DNA from: Perna viridis
Taxonomy: Eukaryota
DNA length: 64,000 bases
Reading direction: 5' to 3'
Assembly: GCA_037379345.1 (NCBI GenBank)
Contig: CM074511.1
Location: 46,692,862-46,756,861, forward strand
Positions 13,381 to 26,671 of the stretch are shown one piece after another. The position numbers were made by a program, and so were the translations under genes. Position 1 is the first letter of the stretch; each line of letters starts with the position of its first letter. A model generated the notes under the pieces. That model had not been told where the DNA came from, ran no database searches, and saw nothing but the letters and a program-made list of their open reading frames with translations.

Positions 13381-16300
13381 CTTAGTACCCAATTACCAAC
13401 CAATTGTACAAATTTTTATTATCCAAATATTTCATTCACCTTGCTTTGAGGTGGTCAGTCTGACTCTAGGTGTTCTAGGAATACAAATATCTCTGTAACT
13501 CCTACTTTCTTGTATCTATTGTACTGTAACCCACTGCTAAAGCTGTAATCTACAATGATATGTGGACAGAAGATAAATTTAAAATAATAATCCATTAAAT
13601 AAAGTATACACATAACAAAACATTGAATTTTATGGTAATAAAAGAATTCTTACTGAACAATAATAGATTTTATCATTTAGACAATAAAAACTTTGCAGAT
13701 ACAGAAATCTGATATCATTCTTACATTTTTATTTTTTATTCAAATATTAATTCAAAACAACAACAAAATTAGATTAAGTTCAACAAGCTAAAAATGTAGA
13801 GGGAAAATCGTCAAATTTCTCCATAATATGTATATGATATGATATGTTTTAGCAAAGAAAACTGTCCTCCTTGGTCAAGGAATGACAAATTCCATGTTTT
13901 GCACCAATAATGTTCATATTCAAAGCAAAGTTGGAGGTACACAATGGCATCAAAAACAAGTTCTACTGAAAGGCTTCAAATGAGTTAGGAATGGAAATAT
14001 CATCCCACTTTGTTGAAGAAATTTCAATCACCAAAATCAAATACAAAATAAGAGGATGTGATAAAGAATGTGAATTCATTGAATTGCAGTTGTTTCTGAA
14101 AAGGAGTTGCTGGTGGAAACTGGGGACAGATGGACAGCATAATCACCACATACTTCTCACTTTCAAAAATAGGGGAGGGGGGTTAATCAGGAAAAAAAGA
14201 AAAGGTCCAATTTATCTAATCAACTTTTGGACTTCATCTGTGCATAAATTTTTAGTAAAAACATAGCATCTTTTTTAGGACAGTATATTACAGACATACA
14301 GACTGAATGACACTTTAATTGCCCTGGTGATAACAGACAAGACATATGATTATGAAATTAAATGCATTGTTCTTATAGACTTGATAATGGTAACAATACA
14401 TGCTACTTTTAACAAGATTATGCAATCTTTACTTTGACAAGAATATTATGGAATTTACCAGCAAAAACTAAAGTTTGGATGTCTAGAACAATTATAAAAA
14501 TTACAGGGGCAAAAACTAAGAAAACAATAGAATGTAAATGTGTTAGAACCATTCTACACTGTGAACTAAAGCTTAGGAATCCATGCAGTTGATGCAGGCT
14601 TCTTTTAACTGACAACTTTATTTGCATTTCTTTGACAGCTCTTTGTTCGTAAATTGCGTGTTTTATGAGGAAATCAGAACAGATACTTCTCTTACCAAGA
14701 TCCTTCTATTCTAGATGGCAGTATTTACACTGATAAAGTAATTAAATAGCTTTCTAAACATACGCTCAACTTTTAAAATTTTACTAGCTGTTATATCTAA
14801 CATTTTCCCTATTGTATCTGTTAACACAGTCATTAAACAAAGAAATAAAGATGGAATTCTCATTCTATCCTTATATTTCTAAGATTAAATTGTTAAAATC
14901 ACCACTTTATAGATGTTTTATGAGTCTTGAAAGTAAAGAAATTCTCAACAGCCCTAAAGTGATAAAAAAAATTCAAATCCTGGCTCATGAAACTCTCTAC
15001 AAAAGGCTATATATGCATAAAAAACAATTACCAAGCAAAAAAAAAAACCATAGAATTGTAGTCTCTAACTTAATGGGGCTGATCATATATTACAATTATA
15101 TTCTTCTTAATGTCAACTTCTATCTAAGTTGCCATATAATTCCAAACTTTGATATAATTCTTCCATAATTGCATGAAAGTTAACCACTGCTTTACAACTG
15201 CATAATACTATAATTACAACAATTCAAATCCATATCACCAAGTACATTAATGGCCAAACTATGTCATTTTTATAAAAAAATCACCAAAATCTAAATATCT
15301 CTAAAACACCACTTTAATGCCCAATATATTTCATTTCCTTGGCATTTTGTCAGCCAAACCATTACAGATCTATAATCATTCTATAAAATAGCTGATATTA
15401 ACTTTTGGGGGAAAAACATGAAAAATCAACCTGAAATGTTTTGTTGTCTGTGTTTGATCAGTAAAATTGTTTGATTTAAAAGTTCATTAATTTTCTGTCA
15501 TAAACTCATTACAATTTAAGATCTTTTTAGTTGATTTCCATGGAAACTTATCATTAAGTTAAAATGCCAGACAATTTTGACATTTCTCAAATAAGTCAAG
15601 CCGATTGTTGACAAGTATCCCACTCATACATCTCGGCCTAAACTTTTTTCAATGCATTTTTAAACTCCAAAATATTGCTAGTAGAATGATCCCACGGAAA
15701 AACCTGAAACACACTGACTATAAGTATGGCATGAAAACCACTTATGGGTCTCTCAAGCAATAATAAAGTTTATTTCAATCAAAATTAAATTGTGTTTCAA
15801 TCAATCATATTATGAAATGTAGAAATGATTTTTTCGCCATCAAATCCTCTTTAACTGATAAACCCATTATTCCAAAACACAAAATCATTTCTTGGGGCCC
15901 TTGAGTCTTAAAAACCCTATCAAATCATACAAAAGAAGCTTTAAATCAAAAACACTTAAAATCATGGATCTATAAAAACAAAAGGATTTTAGGAACAATC
16001 ATCCCCATCGATAGAGCAGACTTAAAATTCCTGACCGGAATTGTAACGAAGTCATCAATGTGGCGGACACATAAAAAACCTTTCAATGACTGGGAATCAA
16101 AACGTTGTTGGAACAGATTTGTTATTTGAAGTATTTACCAGCAGACAAATCTCCAAACTGAGGCAGGAAATTCAAACATTGTGTCGTCTGCAACTAACAT
16201 TAAAACAACAAATATAAGTGACACAATCCACCATCATTTAATGTTTTGTCAAATACTTATGTTTTTTGGAATATATTCAAAATTTTGCATCTGGATTGCA

Positions 16301-17396
16301 CATTCTAATTTTCTTCACGAGCTTTTTTTTTATGCTGACAAGGAGACATGTAAACAGCAACAGTTTTTTTGATGTCTCAGCAATTATTTTGTAACAAAGA
16401 CACTTTAAACTTTATAATTAGAAAAGAGCTTTTGACACCCACATTTGCTCAACTGGCATCAGCCATGAAACAGAACATGTTCCACCACAGAGTGGTAAGA
16501 CCTAATTAATCCATATCCATGCATTTCTAGTGAATCAGTTTTGACTGTGTTATTGGTAAGGGTAGCTATATTATTCAATGGCTAATTTTGCCTAGATGTG
16601 GATAATCAAATTAGGAACAAGTTACCCATATGAATAAATTGAACATTAGCTACAGAATTTCAATGCCTATTTATCATATTACAATAAGGCTAATGCTAAA
16701 AATGGACTTCATCTAACAGCAGTCATATTCTTTTATTCAACAGGATCTATTTTTTTGCAACAAACTCTTGTCAATTTACATGGTGCTGGAGAAAACAGAG
16801 AGGACCAATATGAAGGAAGTGTATTTTTATATTTTAATCTATAAAATTGCATGTAGTAACTAAATGCACAGTATTCTCATTTTAGATCAGCTACAGGGTA
16901 ATTCTGCTTTTGATGAAAACTCCTTTAATATTTAAAATTCAAAAACTACTATTTCTAAGCTGAGTTTGCTGCAGTTTTCCCCAAGCAATGAATATGCATG
17001 ATAACAGTAGTCAAACTGTACAAAAACATTTTAATTAGGTCTATGTCAAGATTAAACCTCAAACAGGACATTAGGATTAGATTTATAAAAAATTGTGTAA
17101 GTTAAATTTATGAGTACAGTGGTCACATAACATTTCCTATCATGACATCATATCTCATGACCCATTTTACGCTTGGGACTGTACAGACCAATTTTTTCGC
17201 AGCATAAAAGTATGCAATACCTTTACGTTACAAAGGTACACCAACTTTAACCCAGAAATAGTGAACCAGCACATTTTCATTTATCAGCACCAAAGATTCG
17301 GGCCAACATAAATGCACATGGTACATTGTACTTTGACATGATCATTTAAATCCAGTGGTTTTACTAAATCTCCAAAGCTACAATAATGGGCACCTA

Positions 17397-17621
17397 ACAA
17401 CTAGAGATCCTGAATGGCTCACCTGGTCAATAACTACAGCCTGAATGGCTCACCTGGTCAATAACTACAGCCTGAATGGCTCCCCTGGTCAATAACTACA
17501 GCCTGAATGGCTCACCTGGCCAATAACTAGAGAGCCTGAATCACTCACCTGGTCAATAACTACAGCCTGAATGGCTCACCTGGTCAATAACAAGGGAGCA
17601 TGAATCACTCACCTAGTCAAA
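17397..17621. repeat. 31/33-bp minisatellite, 7 copies
   Basis: GCCTGAATGGCTCACCTGGTCAATAACTACA units with spacings 31,31,31,33,31,33. Confidence 0.95.
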
Positions 17622-20600
17622 AATAGTCTTTTTAGCCTTCTGAAGCTGGATCCTTGACCCTACTGTACTGCTGTCACAAGAATCATTTAATCTTTGTTAT
17701 CCACCCTGTTTTCATTTTATAAAATAAATCTCTCATATTCATTGTTTACTTTTCCGAAGCAAGAACTGCAACATTGATCAACAGATTTTAGCTATGAAGT
17801 AGTTCTTCCTTCCATTGAATTCAGTTTTGAGAAGTCAAGAATAGGAACTTAGTCACTATATTTGCTTGATTTATCTTTAACAGGGTATTTTTAATATATA
17901 ATACAAGTAGTCCTGTAAAAAAACATACAGGGACTTAACTTGATATAAGAAATGCAACAGCATTAGTAAATGATGACTTCTCCTAATACAAGCCTAAATG
18001 ATTGTGAATTTCGACCAGTTTTAAACAGCTAATATCTAAGTGACAGTTAATAAGTTCATATTTCCTTCCATTTATCCATTGCCTTGAAATCTGACAATGA
18101 AAAATTAAAGTCAAACACATGCACATCTGTCCGTAAACTTTATAAAAATCTGAAGAAACAGGATAATGGTTTCAGAAATCTTTTTTTTAAGTGCACTCAA
18201 GCATGCAACTTAAGACTTAAATCAATAAATATTTGGCTTTCTCGACATCATTGTCAACAGTTTAATGTCAATTATTCATTTTAATCCTTAAAGTCATTAA
18301 AACTTTATCACAATGTGAAATTGCATATGTCAAAATTTCAGAATTTTGATATTTTATCAAAAAATTATATTGAATTTTATTTCTTTGATCAGATTAGAAA
18401 ATCAAAGTTAAAATGAATTTTAAATTAATTTCAATTGAAATGATAAGGTCTCATTGACAATTTCAATTAGCATTTTCACTGAATCACAAACAAATTTATT
18501 GAATGTGCAGATCTATCAATAATACCGAGTGAAACTAATTTGGGTAACAACTGTTCTACAACATTTGGTGAAAACGTGCCCAAATTTAACTTTTAACAAT
18601 GTCCTTCAAAAGATCAATATGTAAGAAAGGCTGTTTTAACTATAGACCAATTTTCTAAACGTGATTGTCAATTTTTATTCCTTTATTTTCTTTAGATTTG
18701 AATAAGCAAAGTTTATACAACCTTAAAAGAATGCATAAAAAACTCTCATCGAATAAATATGTTTCAATTTTGCCCACAAGAAGGGTGAATTATTTGTAAA
18801 GGTGAAAACTTGTCAGGCTTATGGTCATTTTTTTCTTTCAAAGGAGTGACTTACGACTTTAAAAAACATATTTCTTGTTTAAAAGTTTCACAAGCTGAAA
18901 AAATCGTGGTGACATTTGTAGCCTCGGGAAATCCAATTTTGTTGACACTTGCAATATAATTTCTTTATTTTTGACAATTTTTTTCATGGCCAAGTTTTTA
19001 TTATGTTTTTTTTTGTGTTACTGTCATAAAATCAAGGTAAAAAACACGACAAGCTACTGCATAATCATGCAGTAAAACAAAACCGTGATTATTGACAGAA
19101 AAGGGCCGCTGTCCAGTGGTGGTCATTTATGACATATTATGGCCATTTGTTTTATGGAGTAAAAAAAAATTCAGGAGGGTCATTTGTCATAATGTAATGG
19201 ATTTTATTTGTGAAACATGACAAGCATGGAAACTTTATTTTCCTTTTACATTAGAAAATTTTCCATAGAAATAAAAATTGATCATTTTACTTAAGCTGTC
19301 ATTGCCAAGTTCTTCAATAGGAATTACCTTTACATAATACATGAGAGAAATACATTAAGTTTTAAATTACCAAGTTGACATGAATTTAAAATAATGCTTT
19401 GTCTCAAGCAAATGGAATAAAAACAGTTTTAAACTTTCTACAACTCTTTCTGTGACAAATAATAACACCTTAAAAAAGATCATATTATGAAGGTGCAAAT
19501 GCGGGCAAACCCTTTGTAAAGACAACAACAGGAACATCAAAATTAAACCATAAAGAACAACATGTACAAACAAAACAATCAATAAGTACACAGTGAAAAA
19601 CTAACAGGAACTCCTTTAAAACTGAGGGTAGAAGGTTCTAAATGGTTGACCATCAGAAAAACTTATTTTTTTCATAAAATCTTACATTCGACTCACAGGT
19701 GATTTGACCGATGAAAGGTCAGTGTCTTTAAAAAGGATGTTTTTGATATTTTACTAATTTTTTTGTGATTAAGTTATCATAAAGTGATGTACATTAGTTG
19801 TATATTCTAAACTGATTGAAACCCATCAGTATGTCAAATCTAAAGGGGTACATGTACATTTGGTTTATAACAAATTTGGCCCTGACAATAATCTTGGTAA
19901 AATGATTTTAATCAGTAAGTTTAGTACAAGGTGTGCTTAATTTGACAAAACCCTTTTTGCTCTTCATCTTTGCAAAACATGGAAACATAAGCGCAAAATG
20001 GAGCCCAAATATGTTAATTTTTCCAAATTGGGGAAAAAACACTTGATTTCACTGAATTTTTTCTTGCCACATCTATCCCAACTATTGAATCCTACTGTAT
20101 CAGGACAGTTTATGACAAAATATTTATTTTGTCCAGGCATGTGGGTAAATATAACTGGATAGAAAAACCCACCCACTAACATTCAAATTTTGTCAGCAAT
20201 TAATGGAAGTTACATAGAAACAATACTTTTTGACATCATTTTACAACAACTCATTTTTAGCCTGGGTTAATATGTCATCTGACACAAAATTCTGCCTTTA
20301 AGTCTTTCCAGTTGGACATCAAACATCTTCATTAAAGAACTGATCAGAAAGTGATATGTGTATGAACAAATGTAACTCTTTCTAGAAAATCTCATGAAAA
20401 TGTTGTTTACTAAACTAATTCAGGAAGGAAAGAACAAAATTACCAGAAGGTTTTAGTATTATAAATCACTGACCTCTGCAATCTTAAAATTCCTATCAAG
20501 TTTCCTGATCCAATTTTTGACCATTATGTCAATATCCAATACCTGTAACTTGTACATACTTTAGATATTGTTCTGATATTTCTCTAATTTTTAACATAAC

Positions 20601-21400
20601 CTGGGCTAGAATTTGATGTCATGAGTAAATATTTTGTATTTTTCATCTGAAGATGCAAGATTCAATAACAGTAAATTAAAAATTTATCATATTCTTAATC
20701 TTCCATGGCTCAAACATTCTGTTCCCTGACAACAGTCACCAATAAAATGTTTTGCAGGGTGCAGCATGATATGACTGTCAAACCCTGAGCAGTTGGGTAA
20801 ATATTGATATACCATTTAGGTTGATACATTTCTAAAAATTGACTGTGATTAAATATTTGACACCAGATGATAATTTGACTAGCACCAAAGTGTCCCTTTT
20901 CGGACTTTTATGCATAAATTGTTCCAGTCACAACCCAAGCCTTCCTTTGGGGTATGGCACTTTGTGGTAAAATATCATTAAGATCCATACACTCAAAATA
21001 AAGTTATGGTGACAAAAAAAGTCAAAGGATACCAATATCAATAGCATGATACCTTTCAACCAAAATTTTCAGCAAAAATAAATAAAAGTACCATGGATCC
21101 AAGGGATACACCTGGACCATGGAATCCTCTTAAATCCAATGGAGACACCAGGACATGGGATCCCCTTATTTCGCTTGATTATATAGGGAAAAACAGACTT
21201 CCACTACGGAGAATTTCTGGGTCCACAACTGCTGACAACAGGTAAAGGATATCACTTTTTCAGTAGTTCTGACTAAAGTGAACTTCTGTTATATACTGTA
21301 GACACAGGGAAAGTGAGATTTTCTGAAATAAGTAATACAAATGTACCAAAAACACCTCAATTAACTGGAGATTCAACATCTTTACACAGATAGGACTTAC

Positions 21401-21420
21401 CTGGTTTAAAGTGTTCATGT
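21401..21420 (-). other. Candidate 20-nt micro-exon of the divergent gene (possible start exon, MNTLNQ)
   Basis: Minus strand reads TCTCTCTAAC-TATTGTGTTACAG|ACATGAACACTTTAAACCAG|GTAAGT: CTAAC branch point, acceptor and a perfect donor. Confidence 0.5.
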
Positions 21421-22704
21421 CTGTAACACAATAGTTAGAGAGACAGCAGCTTTAGTGGGATCTATTGTTTAATCTAATTTTTGTCAAAAGCCTTTCTAGC
21501 TCTTGACTTCATTTTTATTTAACATGAAGTCTATTACAAACAGTACAACATTAAAACTAATTTGTGACAAGCAGAGTTTTCTAAAATGGCATCAAAACTC
21601 TTCAAATAAAAAATGTCAACAACTTCTGTCTATCCTACTTCAACAGAACTACAAGATTTTGCAATTTTAATAAGTGTACCATTAATCAGAACTATTAAAC
21701 ATTAAACCGCTTTCAAAACAGGAAATCATATCGATTTTAATTCTTGTATGTCCAAATTCATAAAAACAAAAGCCAAAATAACAAGTTGCCAAGAGCAACC
21801 GTCACTGACCAAGAGACAGAATTTTTCAAATAAACTAACTTACGATATTAAATAGAGAAATTAAATTTGACAGATAACTCAGAAAATTTGCTGCTAATCA
21901 ATATACAGTCCCCATGAAATTGACATCGTTCTTGTTTATTTCAAATGGAAATATGAAAATATGATATTTTGATTCCAGAAATAAATTTCATAGCCTAGAA
22001 GGTTAAGCAAAACAATGGGAAATAATGACAAAATTGCTATTGATTTTTTTCAACATAAAAACAGAGTTTATGACTTAAAATTAAAACACTTGTTCAGAAA
22101 ACCAATAGATCAAATTAGAAAATTTAAATAGCCTTAGCTTAATGTCTTTAATGAGAACTCAAAGAATTTCAGACTTTCACCAAGGGATATAAAACAGAAA
22201 GATCAGTAACTCAACACCAAGCTAAAAGGTGTATTACCATTACCTACAAGTTTAGAGAACTAAGCTTGCAGATGTAGTGGCTGTATTGTTAGTATCTTGG
22301 TACACTGACTGATTGTATATGAATGAAGCACCGATTTATCAACTACCTACAACCTTGCAATAAAGATTAGTGTGAAAGAAAATAGCACAAAGCAATGAGG
22401 TATTTACACTTTGAAACTGTAAATGGCACCCTAAGTTTTAAGTAAAGACCCTTTGAAGTTTTTGAATTTATTTATAAAGTGGGAGAGATATCAATGATCA
22501 TAACAGTCACAAAAGAATAGAGTTGGGTTTTTAAGGCATGTGTGGAAACTTATACCATGTTGAGGGTTCAACCTGTAAACTATTGTTTAATTTTAATTGC
22601 ATACTAAGTTTGTCCTGTTATAAAGCACATACATGTATTGTCAGGGGCTTAAATTTACATTCACAAGTGGCAGATCCTGGACTTTTTCAAGTCTGAAATA
22701 AATG

Positions 22705-23000
22705 TATATGTCAAAGAGACAAAAATCCCACCAGGATAAAAATGTCAGCCCAAGGCCACCCATTGGTCTTCAATGAATGATGAGGAATCCTCATACCACA
22801 GGGCAGGCTGCGGCTGGCCCCAAAACATCATTATACACAGGTAAAGTGAAAGAGTTACCCTTATATACTCAGTTAACATAAAAAAATAAACTAAAGGTGA
22901 AAACAAAGACATACAAAGACCAGAAGTTCCTGCCTTGCGACAGGTGCAAAAAAAGCTGCTGGGTTAAGGTACTTAGAAGTGATCACAACCCTCCTCCTTT
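22705..23000. mobile_element. Degenerate abundant interspersed (SINE-like) repeat
   Basis: Ordered blocks GAGACAA..., AGGCCACC...GGTCTTCAA, GCTGGCCCC, TCCTGCCTTGCGACAGG and GGGTTAA resemble a common mussel repeat. Locally higher GC. Confidence 0.45.
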
Positions 23001-26000
23001 AAAACCTGGCACATACTAATTGAGAACAGACAATAATGAATCGACTCATGACAGGGAGCAAAAACAGGCATTTTCCGATGGTCTAATTTTATTGATGTTA
23101 AATAATACAAAGGAATCTAAAACACCTCCTTAAAAGTTCAACATTCCAATCTATAAAGATGCAAGAGCTGGTCAACTCGCATTAGATCACTAGTGCAACT
23201 TGCCATTAGAACAAATTAATTTTAATGTAACATGGAGATGGAGGTATTGTCAATTTGGGTGCAAGGTAAATATGAAATTGTCAACTGGGCAATCTTTCTT
23301 TTTTTAACATTGCATTTCAAATTTTTAGTATGTACATTTTGTATCATGTGAATCTTTGTACATGTCTTATCATCCTAAACTTGAACAGGTACATGCAACA
23401 CTTAAACTGTGTGTTTGTGTTCATTGTAAAGGTAACATCTAGTCTAACCAATGCATTTTTAATGTTTCGCAATGCTTTTTATCTGTTTTTTCCCGAACAT
23501 CATGAATTGTGTGGCTTTCCTGTAATGTGAAAACCACTAATGTGCATTGTGAGGAACGTGAAAGTATCATGTGTCTTGTGCTCAGCATTGAAAGAAACTT
23601 TCCGGTTTCTTTGCCCTGATACTGCTATTTGTTATGTAGACTTTCATTTTAGACTATTGCTCTCGACTACTAGAGTTTATCAGTTAGGCAATTTTCAGAA
23701 GGTATATAAGAAATACTGTTTATTGAGTATTCAGCATTTTTTAGAGTCTGATCTTTGAAACTAAACTTATATAGATCAGCACTAGTCAGTGTTTTAAGAT
23801 TCCACTTACCCATCATCTGGGGCTAGTAAAATTTTGGTGAAGGTTTACTATGTACCACTTTCCCTTACACAAGTAGAAAACTTAAAATTTTGAAATGATT
23901 TGAAGTTTGTAAGCTAACTTTAAGTGTTGAAAAGTTAATCTTCATTAAGAGTTTTGCTGTGGAAACATTATATTCTAGAAAAATCCTAGACTAGTCTTTT
24001 AATGAGGATTAAAACTAGTTAAACTAAGATAAGGTAGCTCCTCAGCAGAGGTTACCTTGAGCTTTGGAATTTCACTGATGTAAATACTCTCCTCTAAACA
24101 AATTGCCTTCTAAAACATGTTAGCAGGTATCAGTTCAAAAATTCCAAAGATCACTTGAACTCAAGTAAATTATCCTTTGCCTTGTTTCTGAAGAATCTAT
24201 CAATTTCACACATACAGCTTTGATATTAAAAGATTCACTCACCTTAGTTTATCAATAAAACAAATTTGGGAACAAAAATAAATGAAAAAAGTAGTTCAAT
24301 TGAACATTAAAACATTAGGATGAACCTTCAAAGTACCTCATTAAAAGAGAAAGCTTTGATTTAACAACTTTTTATTTGAAGATTACATTTTGACCTCTGT
24401 GTAACAAATCAGTTGCAAAAAACATTCAACTTTCTGGCAGTTTCAAGAATTAAAATCTTAAGAAATTTAATCAAAAGATTCTTCTTTTAATTACAAATTT
24501 ATGAAGTTTCAAGTTAATAAAAGAAAATAAACTCTAAAACCATATGTCTATAATTATATGTAGATGAATTCAATTAATTTCTAGGGACATCAAAGAACAG
24601 AATGGATTTGATACTTATACGAAGGTGTTAATTTCATTTCAGAACATATGTTTTAATGTTTTACCAATTCCCTGAAAACGAAAATTAAAAATAAACATCA
24701 TTACAGGGATCCACTAAAAACAAATAACAAATTTTTCGTGAAATGAAGTTGGTGTTTTGACAACAGTGATCAAGGTATAAACAGGAGCTGGTGTTGATAA
24801 GGCAGTCTTTACAGTACACTTAAGAAATAACAACCCATTAGTTATAAGAATTCAATAGAACAATGCCTAAAGAGAACAACATATAACTTGAAGATAACAG
24901 TAAGAATTTTTATACATGTAAATGTACCTGTATGTGTCCACACTTCTTGTAGTTTTAAGTTAATGGCCACAGACTGGACTGAATCTAACAAAGTCTTAAC
25001 TTTTTTTTCAAGACACTATATTATATAAATGTGCCATAATCAAATGGACATTAATTCATCCCACTTATTTATTCATTTATCTTTTTAAGTTATTTAGAAT
25101 TCTGAAATAACACTTTCACATTTAATAACACCAATCAGATACTTTCTTTTCAATCATATTAATATGTACTGTACTTTAAAAGTAAGCATTTTCAACATGT
25201 AACTATACATGTCCTAATACATTTTTAGCACTAAAAAATCTGACCAAAGAACCATACCAAATTGTCAAATCTGAATTAGTTTTTTTTTTTATGAATTGTG
25301 TGATACTATGACAAGGGAAATGTGCACGACCAACAAACAATATTATGTATATACAGTGCACACATACATGTATATCTGTTAATTAAGACCTGTATTCTTT
25401 CTTTTATCAATCATGCAAAGACTTAGTTCAGTGGTCATTTGTTCCATCTAAGAGGTGTATATATATGTACATAACTTCTGAGAAGTACATGGACTTAACA
25501 CTACCTGTTTTACCCCATGCAGCACTAAATTTTTGAATATTTTCCCCTCGTCTTAAGCGACCAAAAAATAAATCAACAACAAATTACTATGAATTAGATG
25601 TATTATACATGTATATGAAACTTTTTGCATGAGTAACATGGATGTGTAAAAAAAATCAAGCAAATAAAGTTATACACTGAAGGCAAGGTTAACAAGAGAG
25701 TATTTTTCACTATAATATCCCTGTATCTATGCATATGCACATTTCATGCAAATGCATGTAATTACTACACCCTACTACATCTAATTATAAAGTGGATTTC
25801 TGAAGTTCTATAATGTTCTTCTTCCTTTAATGTTGTTAAATCTGCATCAATATAAACTAAATTACATTCAAATTCCAATTGATTCAGTTAACTTGTTTTG
25901 CATGAACAAGCATTCTAAAATAATTTTTCAATTACCATCTTGAGACTAATCAATAAAAAATAATAACATTAAAACTCCTGTACACCTTACAATTATCTTA

Positions 26001-26539
26001 TGAAATTTTTTCAACTGAAAGATAATCAATGCCTGAAATTCACGCTTCTGAAGTACATTAAAAACTGTAAATAAAGAGTGGCATACAATTTACAGTGAAA
26101 AGTCATAGCCAATGGGGTTCTATTTGCATTAAAACAACCATTTGTCAGCACACAAAATCAGTTACCATGGATATACAAAATGACTTATTTGGGTTTTACA
26201 ATGTCTTGAATTATGAAATGTAATTTTGAAAAATTATTAACAGAAAGTCCAACCCATTTAAACGGTAGTAGGCGTGAATTTGTGTTTATGACATATGTCA
26301 TGCTCCTGTGAATTATAATTCTATGGACAAAACAATGGGCGGTCAATTAAGAAAATCGTAACACGATTGTTTTTCTTTCTCTGTTTTTAGTTTTACGGTC
26401 TATCATTGATGTATACCGACTCGTGTTTAATCGACCATGTCAACTATCCATTGGACATAATTATTAATCTAATTACCAGTGGTCATATTACTGAGTCTGC
26501 TGAATTTTAATTTTGCATTTCATAGCGTATTGAACTCAC

Positions 26540-26605
26540 CATTACATCTAATTATATTTCACAACAAACCCAACGTGCTCTCTGTTTTGGTCGCCATTTT
26601 TGAAA
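26540..26605 (-). other. Putative first exon of an unidentified divergent minus-strand gene (5' boundary approximate)
   Basis: Minus strand reads AAAATGGCGACC...GTAATG|GTGAGT, with a consensus donor (GT at 26539-26538). The downstream (left) region is CpG-depleted like a gene body. Confidence 0.6.
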
Positions 26606-26624
26606 AGGATTCTGGGAATTTAAA

Positions 26625-26671
26625 AAACTTATAAGATGGCGATTTAGTGCAGAAGGAGTATCTTATTGAAG
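26625..26671 (+). other. Putative non-coding first exon of the zinc-finger gene (5' boundary approximate)
   Basis: YY1/TISU-like AAGATGGCG followed by donor GAAG|GTAAAT (GT at 26672-26673). Its ATG reads only Met-Ala-Ile-stop. Confidence 0.6.

Noticed and set aside
14695-14728. Minus-strand exon-like segment (TTTATCAG|34 nt|GTAAGA)
   Set aside because: Stops in all three frames. It could only be non-coding, and the evidence is too weak.
17397-17621. CRISPR-like array of ~31-bp repeats
   Set aside because: Repeats are contiguous with no unique spacers, there are no cas genes, and the context is eukaryotic.
23790-23890. Strong minus-strand donor GG|GTAAGT
   Set aside because: No convincing acceptor, and the surroundings look like a degenerate repeat.
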